From contig MU057651.1 in NCBI GenBank assembly GCA_013265495.1, positions 2,022,948 to 2,086,947 of the forward strand: a stretch of DNA of 64,000 nucleotides, in the 5' to 3' direction. Shown here in pieces: positions 1-12,991 of this stretch (its first letter is position 1; the number at the start of each line of letters is the position of its first letter). The notes beneath the pieces are model-generated. The model saw nothing but the letters and a program-made list of their open reading frames with translations. It had not been told where the DNA came from and ran no database searches. The translations under genes were made by a program, and so were the position numbers. This DNA is from Vicugna vicugna. Its lineage: Eukaryota.

Positions 1-530
1 CCCCACCCAGCCGCCTCCAAGCAGAGGGGTGCTTCGTAAGTGGTAGCTCCAGTCCCATTGCTGCAGTTTACACCCGGGTTCAATGTTTCTGTTCCCTTCC
101 CTCCTCGGGGCTCCCTCTTCAACTATCCCTTGGATGCTTCCCCATCACCTGCTGGTGTCTCACCCTCTCCTGCATCTCTGTAGGTGCCGCCTACATTAGA
201 TTGTCTTCAATTAATGTTTGAGAATCATCAGCACCCTGCTGGATGCAGTGGGCTACCCCACCTCCACCAACATCTCATCATCCGGATTCCAGATGGTCCA
301 GCAAAGCAAAGAAGCTACACTTGCCATCCCTCCGTGCCCTCGGGAAGAGAAAACTGGACTGTGACCCTCTCACCTGGCTTTGCAGCAACAACCTACTTTT
401 GAAGAGTGTCCTCCAGGGGACCCCGGGGTCATAGTAGAGTCACATAACTTAACTCTTTAATCAAGGTGCTAGCAGCAAAACGCCTTTGAGGAAACGCTGA
501 GCCAAAAGAAGCTCAAGGGGTTTCTAATGT

Positions 531-536
531 TTTAAT
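531..536 (-). promoter_or_regulatory. Possible ATTAAA polyadenylation signal for the 674-877 exon
   Basis: tttaat on the + strand, about 140 nt downstream of the stop; a second copy at 456-461. Confidence 0.3.
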
Positions 537-673
537 CAAAGACTAAGAGAAATGAATTTGCTGATGCGCAAAAGTCGGTCTCTGACGTTGCAGCGTGGTG
601 TGCAAAACTTGCACTTTGGAAACCCATGATTTTCCTGAAGTAGCTGGCGTGACTGAAGCTCTTCCATGAGAAG

Positions 674-877
674 TCAGTTTTGGAAATGCCGTTGGAGTTC
701 CTTCTCCATAAGCAGCTGGGGAGGGGGCTCTACCAGAACTTTGTCTGGAGGAAGCTTTTCTGGTTTATCAGATCGAAGCTCTGTTTCTCTGGTATCTGCT
801 TCGCTTTTTCCAATATGCTCGGCAAATGCTGCCTCTGCTTCAAGAATTAAGTCATCGTTTCTAAGCCGCCAAGACCT
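674..877 (-). CDS. Candidate last coding exon (67 aa + stop) of an unidentified minus-strand gene
   Basis: On the minus strand, acceptor ...catcctaattttcttag| is followed by a phase-0 open frame RSWRLRNDDLILEAEAAFAEHIGKSEADTRETELRSDKPEKLPPDKVLVEPPPQLLMEKELQRHFQN-TGA. Composition is purine-rich and exon-like. ATTAAA signals lie downstream at 531-536 and 456-461. No upstream exon could be linked with confidence. Confidence 0.5.
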   Translation of the reverse strand, partial: RSWRLRNDDLILEAEAAFAEHIGKSEADTRETELRSDKPEKLPPDKVLVEPPPQLLMEKELQRHFQN

Positions 878-1669
878 CTAAGAAAATTAGGATGAACACA
901 ATATTGTTAAGAGAAGGTCTTCGCCACGTACCCAACATCGTTTAAGACCTTCTTGATTAAAGTCTTTCCAAAGGGTCCAGAAGGTCAAGAATCAGAATCA
1001 GAATCATACAGAGCGTCAAAATACCAGCTGCATTTTAAAAATACTTATTCCGATCGTGTGCTTCAGTTTTATTTTACACTTAGCGTCTCATTCAACACCT
1101 CAAACAACCGCGTAAGGTCGGGAGTAGTGCTGGCTGCATCTCACAGAGTCACTCATCGAGGCTTCCTGATATTGAAGAAAGCCGTCTAGTGATATGAGTG
1201 AGACACGGCAGAGTAGGAATTCAACGCGGGCAAAACTGCCTCCCAGGACGCTACTGTGGGGGACGAATGGGGTGATGCCGTCAGAAAGACATAAATTTTT
1301 TTTCCTCTTTTTAATCACTCACGGGAGACAATAAAAGGATGGGGGAAATGAGCTAATGGAACAGACAAAGCAAACGTCACAGCAGCTTCAAATAATATTC
1401 TCAGAGAAACATAGATGCAGAAACAGTTATACGGAAGAACCAATGAGAGAGACAGACTTTGACAAGCGGGAATATTGGAAAAAAGCGCTCAGAGTATGGG
1501 TTGGGTAGCAAAAATGATTTAGCTGAAATGAAATTAATGAGCTAGCAGACAGGATCAACTGTGCCACCAAAAATCGTCACTAGTGGATAAAGGACAGAGA
1601 GACAGCAGCGGAGAGCTGGGGAGGGCAAAAATGGAAGCATCTTGTGCATTTAAAAGCAATTTCAAGGCA

Positions 1670-1838
1670 GGGGAGGGGATAGCTCAAAGTGGCAGAGCAT
1701 GTGCTTAGCACGTGCAAGGTCCCAGGTTCAACCCCCAGCCCCTCCCTTAAAATAAATAAAGAAATCTAGTCACCAGCCTTTCAAAAATTTTTTATAAATA
1801 AATAAATAAAAACGCAATGATAAAATAAATGGTTTCAA
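1670..1838 (+). mobile_element. tRNA-Ala-derived camelid SINE (vic-1-like)
   Basis: GGGGAGGGGATAGCTCAAAGTGGCAGAGCATGTGCTTAGCA...GGTTCAACCCCCAGC shows A and B boxes and the Ala-AGC arm. AT-rich tail. Degenerate TSD aaaagcaatttcaag / aaaaggcaattacag. Confidence 0.85.
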
Positions 1839-2803
1839 AAAGGCAATTACAGAATGCTCAAACTAGAGAGGAACTCAAATCGAAAGGGCATATTAAGTTC
1901 CAACAGAAGAGACAAAGAAATCCAGCTCCATGTAATTAAACTTTAAGATGTAAAAAATACGAAATTTCAGACAGTAATGATATCGCAAAAAGCGTAAGAA
2001 ATAAATGCTCAGAACTTAGACAGGACACTGAGTCAGGGGACTCAGTAAGCAGAGAAATTTTCAGAGAGAAAGTGGCACATGAGCTTTTTTTTTTAAGTTT
2101 AATCTTCGAGGTAAATGAATCATTGCTCAATCTTCTGAACTCAAGACGCTATAAAAAACCAGGGATTCCACGAAGAGGCTGCAGGCACAGCTCAGGGCGA
2201 GGGGGCCTTCAAAGTCAAGGTCGGGGGTGGGCGCTTCAGCCAGAAGGTGGTTCTGAGCTGTTTCACAGGGGAGGATACCTTGTAAGATTTATCCTGAGAA
2301 GTGCATTCAAACGTATTTTTGAAACAATTTTTCAGACCCACACACTCATTTCACTACGAAAGCGACAAAGACATTGTCATCTCGGAAGATACAGTCTAAC
2401 ATAACCTGGGTTATTTTCAGCCTCTGCATTAAGACAAGACGCAAATGAAATAAAAATCCAAATCAAGTGTTTTTCATCCAGACATTGTTTGAGTGGGAGG
2501 TTTTAAAAAATATGTCTAGTTTTAATGCACCGTTTAATTCATGAGCGTCTTTCCAGTTTAGATCAAATGACAAAACGTATTATCTGAGACCCAGATAAAT
2601 AGTTCCAGGTAACTGTACAACTTAGCTTTGGGAGATTTTTCAGATCGTTAAATGGTTATCTCGAGGCCAACAGATGGCTAGAGAGTCCAAAAACTAGTTT
2701 AGCACGATAAAATTTGCAGAATAAATTCACAATGCTCTACATTGATGTAGCTTGCTTGAATCTATGAAACGCTTTTCCTTGCCTAATTTCAACAAGAAAC
2801 TCA

Positions 2804-3231
2804 TGTGCACAGAGAATGTCCCCTGCCATTTTAGGAAAAAAAGGATGCTGTGTTCCTAAAGCCGTCAGCCACTGTATGTACCCTGACAGTGTGCCCCGAG
2901 GAGACCCAGGATGGAGAAAAACGGGGTGCTGGCCCTACGTAGCTAAGATGCGTGTCAAAGAATGATTTTAATAAGCCCAGATACTTGCATCTTCCCATGC
3001 AGAGAAAAACCCTAAAATCATTAACTTGAGATGTCTGGGGTATTTTTGCAATTAGCAGTGATCTTTTGATGTTTAGCTACGTTCCCCGTCCCCCAGCAAA
3101 CACTCCTCTGTGTCCTGTCACCTCCCTCGCTTCTTCGGAGCTGGTCCTCGGAGCGGTCAGAGAGGCTGTCCCAGGCTGGTCTCAGTAACTCCCCCAAATG
3201 CAGCCTCAACTTTTTATTTTTCCAGTCCACA
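2804..3231 (+). mobile_element. ERV1-type solo LTR (family A, copy 1)
   Basis: TGTGCAC...GTCCACA termini, flanks ctca/ctcc. Shares the core aaatcattaacttgagatgt with the copies at 21.5 kb and 35.9 kb. Confidence 0.75.
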
Positions 3232-6079
3232 CTCCTGTCAAATTTTAAAATCTGGGACCCTGTATTTATTTGCATTTTACGTATTAGGGAAAGCGACTGG
3301 AGAGGCAATGACTATATTTAAGGTGAGACAGGCGTTCAGTTGAGGAAGGACCCAAGCTCACTCACCCATCAGTTTCACGACAGACCACCGCTACTTTCTA
3401 AATCTTACACAAAACATTGAAAGCGACACCTTCATCCTCCCGTTAAACGTGGGCAAATCGAAGCTCAGACAGTTACAGTGATTTCCCTTGGGACCCCTGT
3501 GAAGGGACAGAATTGGGATCCATTTCTGTTTTATCAGAATTTAGAGGCAATTTCCTTTCCGGTACATAACCCCACTTTTTTATTTTCAAATCAGGCTGAC
3601 ATTAAACATCCGTGTCTTGCTTTGAATGGGCTGTTCGGAATATCTTACTATTCAGCAAGGTTTTATTTTGATGTCTAGTTGGGAGGCCGTCAAGATTGAG
3701 GTTGGAAAAAAAAAAAGGGGGAACAAATGTTGAGAATCAGGGCAGCCAGCCCCTAGTTTAGAAGCGTGCGTTGTGCCTTCTCCCACCCGGCAGGGCCAGC
3801 TGAGCTCAGGGAGGGAGTGGTTTGAACGTGTCTGTATGTCCTTCACTCAGCTGCTTATAAGATAGTGATTTATCTGGAGGGAACTTAAAAAGCACCCAGT
3901 GCGGGGGCACTGCTGTCTCTCGCTTCCCCAGCATCACCCCAAGCCCCACTGACTCTCCTGCCACCGGGTCGTAATGGCTTAGAAACCCAAGCAAGTTAGA
4001 AAGGGTCCCGTCGCCCCAGTTTCCTCCCGGACAATCCATGGAGACAGCAAAGAACTGGAAGTTTCTTTCTGGTTGAATTCTTGGTGACTTTTAAATTTTT
4101 TTTAAGTACTAATCATGCTTCAAGGCTGAACTCAAAAGTCTCCCTCGTTTTGATGTCCTCTGAGATTCCCCCGGGGCAGAAGTAATTGATCCCTCTGTGT
4201 TTTTATAGTTCTTTGTTTATCTTTATAACAAAAGCTTCAAAGGGAATCCCAAGCCTTTGAGTCAAAGCAGCTGACGGGGAAGAGCAGATGGATGGATGTG
4301 AGAGGATCCTGAGGAAGGAAAACGTGTCTGAAAGGGAGCAGTTGTCAGGGGGCTGGGAGTGGGGAGGCGAGGACCTGTGAGGTCCAAGTTCTTTGTCTTT
4401 TTCACATGGAGCAATTGCAGTAAAAGGGGAATAATGATAAGAGAAGACAGGATGGAATATGATTCGCTTTGTACCAGGTAAGCAGGTGGTGTCCCCAGGA
4501 TGGCTCCCTGCTGGTGGACAATGCAGGGGGTTGAACCAAAGGGGATGCAGGGGATGAAGACAGCTGGTGTAGCTCCGGAGAGATGGGAGTGAAGGCGTGG
4601 ACCCGATACCGCCAGAGACAATGGACACAGAGGGCTGTGAGCTCAGCACAGTAGGGAGGCTCCAGTCGAGGTCAGAGGTAAAAACACTCGTGCACCGGGG
4701 AGCACCACTGGGTTATACAGGAACCTGAGATGCAAAGACCAGGAACCATGTGTTTTGTGCCGCAGGGGTAGCCACCCACATCTCCATCCAAAGATACAGA
4801 ACTGGAGGGCGCTGGCCTTCCAGGGCACTGGATCTAAGCTATGGAAAGGTGGCTGGGATCCAGCCTTGAAAAGGGAGTCGACAGCCTTTAAAACATGTGT
4901 AAATACTGAGTATGGTCTTTAGAGAAAGAATTCGAATATCAAGAGGCTTTAGCTGTGTGATCTGAAAATAATGTCACGTGACTCCTCAGAGTCTTTTCTC
5001 CCTTTTCTCCCAGAGAGAAGTCAGAAGACCTACCAGAGAGCATTTCCTACTCAAGACATGAGACATATCGAAAACAAAAACCACAAGTTTGTATTCTATG
5101 TCTGTGAGTCTATTTCTGTTCTGTATTTATGCTTTGTTTGCTTGTTTATTTTGTTTGTCTACTGAAAACACCCCAGTGAGAAGAAGAAGAGAATCAAGAA
5201 GGGGAAGGCCAGGAAGGAAAAAAGGAAGGAAGGAAGGAAGGGAAAAAGGAAGACATTTCACACACATTGGCAAGTCAATGATTCTCAGATGAAAAGGGAC
5301 CAGAGTGTTGAAAACTGAACATCTGGATTCTCAAGTAATTTTATTAAAATCCTTTATAAGCTGATGGCCAAGTAGAGGCTGAATCTCAAAATAAGAAAAG
5401 GATTTGAAATAGAAACACACGGTCAAAGATTTAGGTCCAAAGGTCATAGGAGTCGAGAAACGAAGGGCTACCTCACTGGCACAAAGTTTTGGGAGTCTCT
5501 GTGGTCCAAAAGCCAAAATTAGGGATTGTGCTGTAATGCTGGACAGATGTGTGTGTCTACATGTAACTCATACACAGTAAAATGTCCCCACGTCTGTGCT
5601 GCTCGCATCAAACATCTCTTTAATCAGAGACAAAGGTTAGACCTTCTGTATCATTTGTTCCATCTCCCACACTTAATAATCTGCATCTTGAAAAGGGTAC
5701 ATTTTACAGAAATATATATCCCGCTGGTGCAAACTAAAACATGTGCGTTTGTTAATATAGATTATGTTAGCGTACCGTAAAGCCATAGCCCTTTCCTTAA
5801 AGTGGAAACGGCTGATAAAATCAGAAAATTAACTCGCATGCTATGCAAAGAGATGAGGAGCAAATTAGAGTCCAGAGAAAGCAAATCTGTGTTAAAACTG
5901 CTTTTAGCACGATCTTACGGTCGGAGACAGGCAATCTGAACGAACAGAGATCCAACGTTCGAATTGTTCGTTCACGTCAATGCTGGGTCTCACACATTTG
6001 TCTTTGCTTGCTGTCCTCATCGGCATTAACTTGCCGGGGCTGCCAGAGAGCGAGCTCACTCCATACGAGGGGACAACCA

Positions 6080-6236
6080 CCATCGGAAAAGTAAGGAGGG
6101 GGTCCCCACTGGGCACAAGGTCTGCCAGCACCTTAATCTTGGACAACTGAGCTTCTGCAAGTGTGAGAAATAAACGTTTGTTGTTTAAGCCACAAGCCAG
6201 TGGTAACTTGTGGCAGCAGCTTGAACTGACTAAGGT
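6080..6236 (+). mobile_element. MaLR MLT1 LTR 3' fragment
   Basis: gccagcaccttaatcttggac...gtgagaaataaacgtttgttgtttaagccac...gcagcagc is typical of the MLT1 end. Confidence 0.75.
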
Positions 6237-6639
6237 ATTATCCATCTGGAAACATTAAAGGATCCAGGAGAACAATGAATTCCTCACCCTCCTCCCACGA
6301 GTCTCCATCAAAAGATTAAGTATTACACCCAGCCTAGCCTAGGTCCCATGCATCCAGGATTTCAGAATCCAAGGGGCAAGTCTTCCTCTAGACTCTTTCA
6401 ATTCTCAGCCCTCTCCGTGTCCGGCTGTGCCCCCATTTCCCCATGACCCCAAGATCCGAGACGACACTCTCTCCCAACCGGGAACACAGAATACTTCCAC
6501 CAGCTTCCCAAATCCGTCACCACACGCGGTTTTAGCACAGAAATGAGAGGTTTCCACCTGCACCTTTTACATCCACTTTCTTCATATTAGGAGGAGTAAG
6601 AAGAGACAGTCACACAAGGAAGGTCCCTAATATGGGAAC

Positions 6640-7420
6640 GTTTTTTGAATTGCAAATTCACCATTTAAAGTGGCTTTCAGTATATTCGCTATGTTGAATC
6701 AAAGTTGCCACTGGAATGTTTGCATTCACCCAAAAAGAAACCCTGAACACAGCAACAGTTGGTCGAAAGTCTCCCCTCTCCCCAGCCCCTGGGACCCCCA
6801 AATCTTTTTTGGCTCTATGGCCTATTTTGGGGCATTCCGTGTGAATGGAATCATACAATATATGGCCTTGTGTATCTGTTTTTTTCCAGTGACTGTTTTT
6901 AAGGTACGTCCATACTGTATAAATTATTATACGTCTTTCCCCTTTACGGTTGAATAATACTGTGTCGATATGTCATATTTTATCTGCTCCTTAACTGATG
7001 AACATTTAGATTATTTCCAGTTTTTGTCTGTTATCAATAATGCCTCTCAGGAGGCTGCCTTTTCATTTGCATGCTGTTTGCTTTCAATGCGCAGAAGAGT
7101 TTAGTTTGATGTGGTCTCACTTGTTCATTGGTGGTTTTGCCTTTCTGGTGTCAAATTCCAAACGTCATTGCCAACGCCTACACTGTGGACGTACTGCCTA
7201 TGTTTTCTTCTAGGTGTTCTATGGTTTATGGTTTTACATTCAGGTCTTTAATCCATTTTGAGTCCGTTTTCATTCACGGTGTTAAGGAAGGGGTCCAGTC
7301 TCATCCTTTGGCTGTGAAGGTCCGGTTTTTCCAACACCATCCTTTGAAGAGACTGTCCTGTTCCCCACTGCATATTCTTGGCTCCTTTGCTACAAATCGA
7401 GCATATACGTGTGGGTTTAT
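6640..7420 (-). mobile_element. Old L1 fragments (3' UTR plus ORF2 remnant)
   Basis: aatggaatcatacaatatatggcc; ttcaggtctttaatccattttgag; ttccaacaccatcctttgaagagactgtcc. Confidence 0.8.
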
Positions 7421-8329
7421 TCACGCGTGCATCATTTTCTTTTTAAAATCATCACAGGTTTGTGTTTCTGTGGAATTTTGCATGTGAAGGGTGATCTTGG
7501 ACCTTCGAAGTTTGTTTTAGACTTTCTAATATGTCTGTCAATTCCAACGTCTGTCACTAGAAAATCCCTTTTTTACATTCAAAAGCTGTTCGATTGCCTT
7601 AACGTCTTTTTCTTTGAGATATTACAGTTGACACTTCTCTGTAAAGACTGACGGTTCTACTTAGAATTGGCCTTTACATAATTGAACGGACTCCTTTATC
7701 AAGCAAAAATTCTTCCTTTCGCTTTTGTTGTGTGTTGGAAGGAACAATGTATGTTCCGTAAAAAATAAAAATATTTTAAAATTTCTCCAAAAATAAGTGG
7801 GTTGGCAAAGTCAACTTTGCAGAGCTTTCCAAAAACCTCCATGTTGGAACTTGTTCAAATAACCACGCAGCTTCTTGGCAGAACATTTTCTCTCTGCATG
7901 ATTGACAATGTTTATTAAATATAATTCAGTTCAAAAAATATTTGCTGTGTGCTTTGTATGAATCAGTTGCTCAGTTAGGTGCTGAGGAACTAATCAAAGA
8001 GAAAAAATATGGTCCTTTTGTTCAAAGGAACATGCTTTCTGGAAAAGTAGGTGATTTTATAAAATAATTCAACATAGCAACATGACAGCTTCTGCAAGTG
8101 TTTTAAGGAAAGCATAAAGAACCCAGGGCAAGAGGAATTCAATGAACACTGCCTTGTGTTTCCTCTTAGGACTGATGTCACTTCATTTTTTGTAATTTGG
8201 GTTTAATTATTCCGATCTGAAATACATAGTGTTTATAGAACATTGAGACTGGCTAATCTTGGAGGGGACTAGAATTGTAGCTTTGCACGAACTTTGCGCC
8301 TAGATATCGGTGGGCACCGTGAAGAAACG

Positions 8330-8830
8330 TGTGCCCAGAATGAGCTGGGGCCAGCAAGACAGGTGGTGTGGCCGGGGCTCATAGAGGGGGAAGAAGTCGT
8401 GAGGAGATTTTAAGTGTCTTGATCAGATACGTACGGAGGTGCTCTTAAGTGATTAGGTTTTCTACAGCCTTGAAATCAGAAGGAACTAGATTTCCGGACG
8501 GTCCAGGTGTGATGCCAGAAAGAAAAAGCAGAGTCAGTATTTGCACCGAGCAAGCGTGGAGATGGACTTGACACCCGCAGGGAAGGCAGTGGTGGAGGAG
8601 GGTTAGGGGCGACACCAGCAACTTGTTTTATGACATGACATACGTCAGATTTGAGACTTTGATCAGACTTCCACTCCGGTGTCAATTTAGCAGAGGGATC
8701 TGGGAAGCTGGCGTTCAAGGTGGAGGTCAGACTGGGAAATGTAAATTGTAGCTGCATTAACATGTGAATAGACAGGATCAGAGCGAGTGTAGATGGAATC
8801 AAAGGGGAATTCAAGGACTGATCCCAGGGG
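8330..8830 (-). mobile_element. L2 fragment (decayed)
   Basis: Purine-rich sequence with L2-like phrases (gtcagatttgagac, gtggaggtcagactgggaaatgtaaattgtagctgcattaacatg). Confidence 0.5.
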
Positions 8831-9248
8831 CACTTACATTTTTAATGTCTGAAGATAAAGGAACAGAAAGAAAAAAAAAAGAATGGACCTCCCCAAAAGG
8901 AGGAACAGGAAAGGAGACCATAAAATGACTTCCCTCAAAAAACGAATGAAGTCCTTCCAGGAGACAGGGGTGGCCGTCCTTGTCCAATGGTGATGATGGC
9001 CGAGAACTGGCCCTGTGTGTAAACACGTGGCCATCGTTGGATGGTGTGATAAAAGCGCTCTCTGTGGAGTGATGCGAAACCCGTTAGAGTTTGGGCAAGT
9101 GAAAATCGGAGGAGAAAAACTGAGGACATAAAGTACAGAGTCGTCTGCATGTCTCGCTAGAAAGCAAATGAGACAAACAGAGCCGCGGCAGAAGAAATGC
9201 AAATGGGAAAAATAGAGTGAAACAGATGGAAATGTGCTCAAGAAAGTC

Positions 9249-9378
9249 TTTTTTTATTGGTTTTTTGGGGGGAGTGGAGCAGATGATTAGATTTATGGGT
9301 AATGGAGGGACTGGGGATGGAACCCAGGACCTCGTGCGTGCTAAGCATGCGCTCTACCCCTGAGCTATAACCACCCCC
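9249..9378 (-). mobile_element. vic-1-like tRNA-Ala SINE
   Basis: ggagggactggggatggaacccaggacctcgtgcgtgctaagcatgcgctctacccctgagctata is the reverse complement of the SINE head. Confidence 0.85.
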
Positions 9379-10317
9379 AAATTCAATTTTTTATTTTGGG
9401 GAAGGGTGGAGGTCATTGGGTTTACTTACTCACCTCACCTTGGGTAGCCTCCATTGCCACGCTTCCCAGCCCTTCTGGGATACTGGGCAGGTCCCCCCAC
9501 AACGCTGCGGCAGCTCTGTTGCCAAGTGCCCCTTGATGGGAGAGGGGACTCTCAGGCCCCACGGGGTCAAACCCTTGCACTGTCCTCTCCCTCCTGGTGG
9601 GGCTCCTGCCCCACCGTCCTTCCCCTCCCCTTTGACCCGGGACAGGGGTAAAGCTCCTTGCACCACCCCCTTTAGTGGGTTGGTGGTCAGGAAACGCTGG
9701 GTCTCGCTGACTTTCTCGGGTGGGACCTAAGACACTTGGCTGGTGTTTGGTTTGCCCAGTCCTGGGGCCCCAACACACCTCCCTTCTTCTCTTGAACTTT
9801 CCAATGTTCGTGTGTTCCTGGTGCATTATTTTTCCAGCATTGTTGTTTGTGAGGAAGCAGGGGGAGACACGATTCTACCCCGTCTTGTCTCACTCGGAGG
9901 TTCTCAGCACAAGCCTTCTCCTCGGAGAGATGTGTGTAAGAGCAGAATATTCCTCACGGGGTTCTAGGAATGATGCTCTGCCGGGCGCTTCAGTGCTTGG
10001 ACGTTGTTCACACCTGCTTTGTCATCTCATCGCATTGCATTTCCTGGTGTCACCCTAGCCCTGTGGTCTGGTTCCCCCACGTAGCTGCCATCCACCATAT
10101 ACACAATATTTCGGCACCATGTTGCAAATACCTTGTACCTTTGGTCACATTGTCACACTCTGTTGCCAAGTGTCTGTGGCATCCAGACAATTATTTCGTT
10201 GGCTACCACATTCCTGCGCTATCCTGAAAATTCACGTGTCTGAGGACACTAAGAGTTAAGCTAGAATCTTTGGTCAAGTAAGACCAGGTAAGTTTTTTTT
10301 TTTTAATCTTCATAGAT

Positions 10318-10406
10318 TTTCTTTTCCCTTCCTCCCTTCCTCCCTTCCTCCCTTCCTTCCTACTCTCCCGCCTTCATTCCTTCCTTCCCTCCTTTCTTCT
10401 TTCTTT
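10318..10406. repeat. (TTCC)n-like polypyrimidine low-complexity repeat
   Basis: cccttcctcccttcctcccttcctccttccttcc... Confidence 0.8.
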
Positions 10407-12269
10407 AGTCTACTTATTCTTTGGAGCTTTGAACAGATATTAAAAATACACAGATACAACGAGTAATAATTTTCTACTCGGAAAATCGTTTTGAGCGAGT
10501 CTATGTTGCTCAATCGTATTTTGAAAATCAAGCAAATGAAAAACTTGTAGGCGATCTGTGAACTATTGATTATTTTCCATTTATCAAGCCCCAGGAAAGG
10601 GATCAAAGAGTTGCCTGACGTAATGGAGCGGCAGAGAAAGAATTACGTCGGGCATTAAAGATGTCCTGATGCCCTGTCACTCGATACCGGTTTTCCGTCT
10701 CAAGCGCTGTGAAGCGTGTAACGCATTCTGATGGCAGATGGATGGGACAGTTTGATATACTGACAGAGCACTAATAACCCAGCAAACTCCAGGATTTATG
10801 GCGCCTGCTGTTTGGTGCATGCAGACACCATTTATCACACACCTATTTATCTGGATTTAAAAAGATAACGTATAAAGTGTAGGTCCCTGAGAATTTCTTT
10901 TTAAGTAAATTAAAGGTGTCATTTTCATAAACAATGATGGATGCAGTAGGACAATTGAAACTCCGGTGGGAAAGACCTACACTGATTCTTATAATCGATG
11001 AAACACGTTCTTATCTCTGAGACAGGGGAGAGGTAAATGAATACAAAGGATTTTAAGTGTGTATTAAATATCAGAATTTCTCCCAGGAGTCATTCCATTT
11101 ATTATTTCATTAAGTGCTCACAATCACACAGCGGAAGATAAGCGATATTATGTTGGCTTCACTAAAAACGAAATGTAGACTCAGATAAATTAAGTGAATT
11201 TCTTAAGGTAACACAGTTGTTACAATAATAGATTCCGTTTATAGCTAGTGGAGTTCTGAGTCAAAACCCACGGCCCTTGAGGAAGAACTGGTAACAGAGT
11301 CCCAGGCAAGAAGTGCGCAAAGTGATGCAGGCGCCGAGGAGCAGGAAGCCGAGCATTGTGACCTTGGTGCCAGGACAAAGGGCGATCACGGAACAATAGG
11401 GGCGTTAAAATGGTAATAATTGCAGTTTATGAAAAGACTATGAACAGAGGAAACTCTGTCAACCAAAATAAAATCACCAACTGTCTTCGCTGTCTCCCCT
11501 GAAATGATAATAATGGAAAAAAGTAACGGGGACACAGTCTGGAAGGCTGGTGTGAGACCCTAAACAAAAAGCAGGGCAAGACGGTGACCCATGAGAGGTG
11601 AGGAAGCCAGCGATGGGCCCAGCGGACTCTCCGAGCAGTCCCCAGGCCACCACGTCGTAGGGGACACCAGCCGGCGTCTAGCAGCCACTTTTGAATGGAG
11701 AAGGAAAGGACGGATGTCTGGTGAAGGTTAAGCGGGCAGAGTTCACAGGGCAGACAACTGGAAAGGAGAAACCTGCAAAGACAGAGTGCTCCGGAGATCC
11801 GCAAAGTTTCGCTTCGTCTTGTTTTTCCAAATCTGCAGCTGAGCACGGACGAGAGCGTGCACACGGAGAAATTTCCTGGGGTCTGGGAGTGAAGCATCTT
11901 AAGTTGCTGGGGGAACCCTGCCGAGCTCACGCTGGGCTGGACTTCGTTTGCATTCACAGAAGATTTTTCACATCTTATGATGGGAAAAAACTACCTATGG
12001 CCACGGAAAGAACCAATGGGATGGATTATGGAGAAAAATGCTCGTTGAGAACACGGGCAAGGCTTCGCTGATGCTCCCAACAGCAGCATTAGGTAAGCAG
12101 GCTGCCCAGGTTATTGCTTCCATAAACTCAGTGCTCGGCTGGTTCTTCCTGACGAAGCCTGAAAGCGAGAATCAAAAGGATGAAATTATACCCAAATAAT
12201 TAACTGGCTCCTAAAATACAGTGTAACAATATTTATAGTATTTTTATAAACTACCATCCAACAAGGTAC

Positions 12270-12990
12270 TTAGTCCCAGTACTGCCAAACAAGAAAGCAA
12301 TTCCTGGGCTTACAAAAACGCAGGAAAATGTGGACTAGGATGAAAAGAAAAGAAAAGGAAAAAACAAAGCATTGAACATAACCCACAAATGGCTTGATGT
12401 GAGAATGAGTGGACAACAGAGTTATCATTAATGATAGGAAACTTCGAGATGAGTGACCTTGAAGCAATAGGAAAAAAAAACAAAATAAAACGCAGAGTTT
12501 TCAAGAAATTGAAAAACTTCAACAAAGCATCATTGAAGTAGGACCCTTCAAGACACCAGATATATTTATAATTTGAGTTCCCAGAGGAGGAAGGGGACAA
12601 ATATTTGAAAAATGTTTAAAAAATAAATAATGGTTGAAAATTTCCCGAATGTGTTTTTCTTGAAAACAATGACAGTTAATATCAGCAAAGAAAAAGCAGT
12701 TATTAAAAACAAAAGGAATCAAATGGAAGCTATAATGTGGAAATTGCAGTAACAGAAATTGTCAGGTCTTGTGAGATGGGCTCAGGGTTGGAGCGGAGAT
12801 CCCAAAGGATTGAATCAGTGAACTTGAAGACAGATGGATAGGATGGGTCCAACCTGAACAGGGGAAACACAGAGGTGAAACATGTAAACAGAGCTTCGGG
12901 GACTCGCGGGACAAGACCAAAGATGCCGTCATTGGGGTGGTCGTCCCAGAAGGAGAGGAAGCAAGGACAGGAGTGGACCGAGCCAGCGTC
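12270..12990 (+). mobile_element. Old L1M ORF1-region remnant
   Basis: ccagatatatttataatttgagttcccagaggaggaag; aaataatggttgaaaattttcc; tcagtgaacttgaagacaga; gtcattggggtggtcgtcccagaaggagagg. Confidence 0.7.
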
Positions 12991-12991
12991 C

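Noticed and set aside
1670..1750. Functional tRNA-Ala genes at the SINE loci
   Set aside because: Mismatched stems, extra 5' leader, A-rich tails and TSDs identify them as SINE copies.
8828..8882. 11-nt minus-strand microexon (strong pyrimidine tract, ACATTAAAAAT, GTAAGT)
   Set aside because: It sits at the edge of an L2 remnant and an A-rich run, is not a multiple of 3, and has no supporting neighbours.
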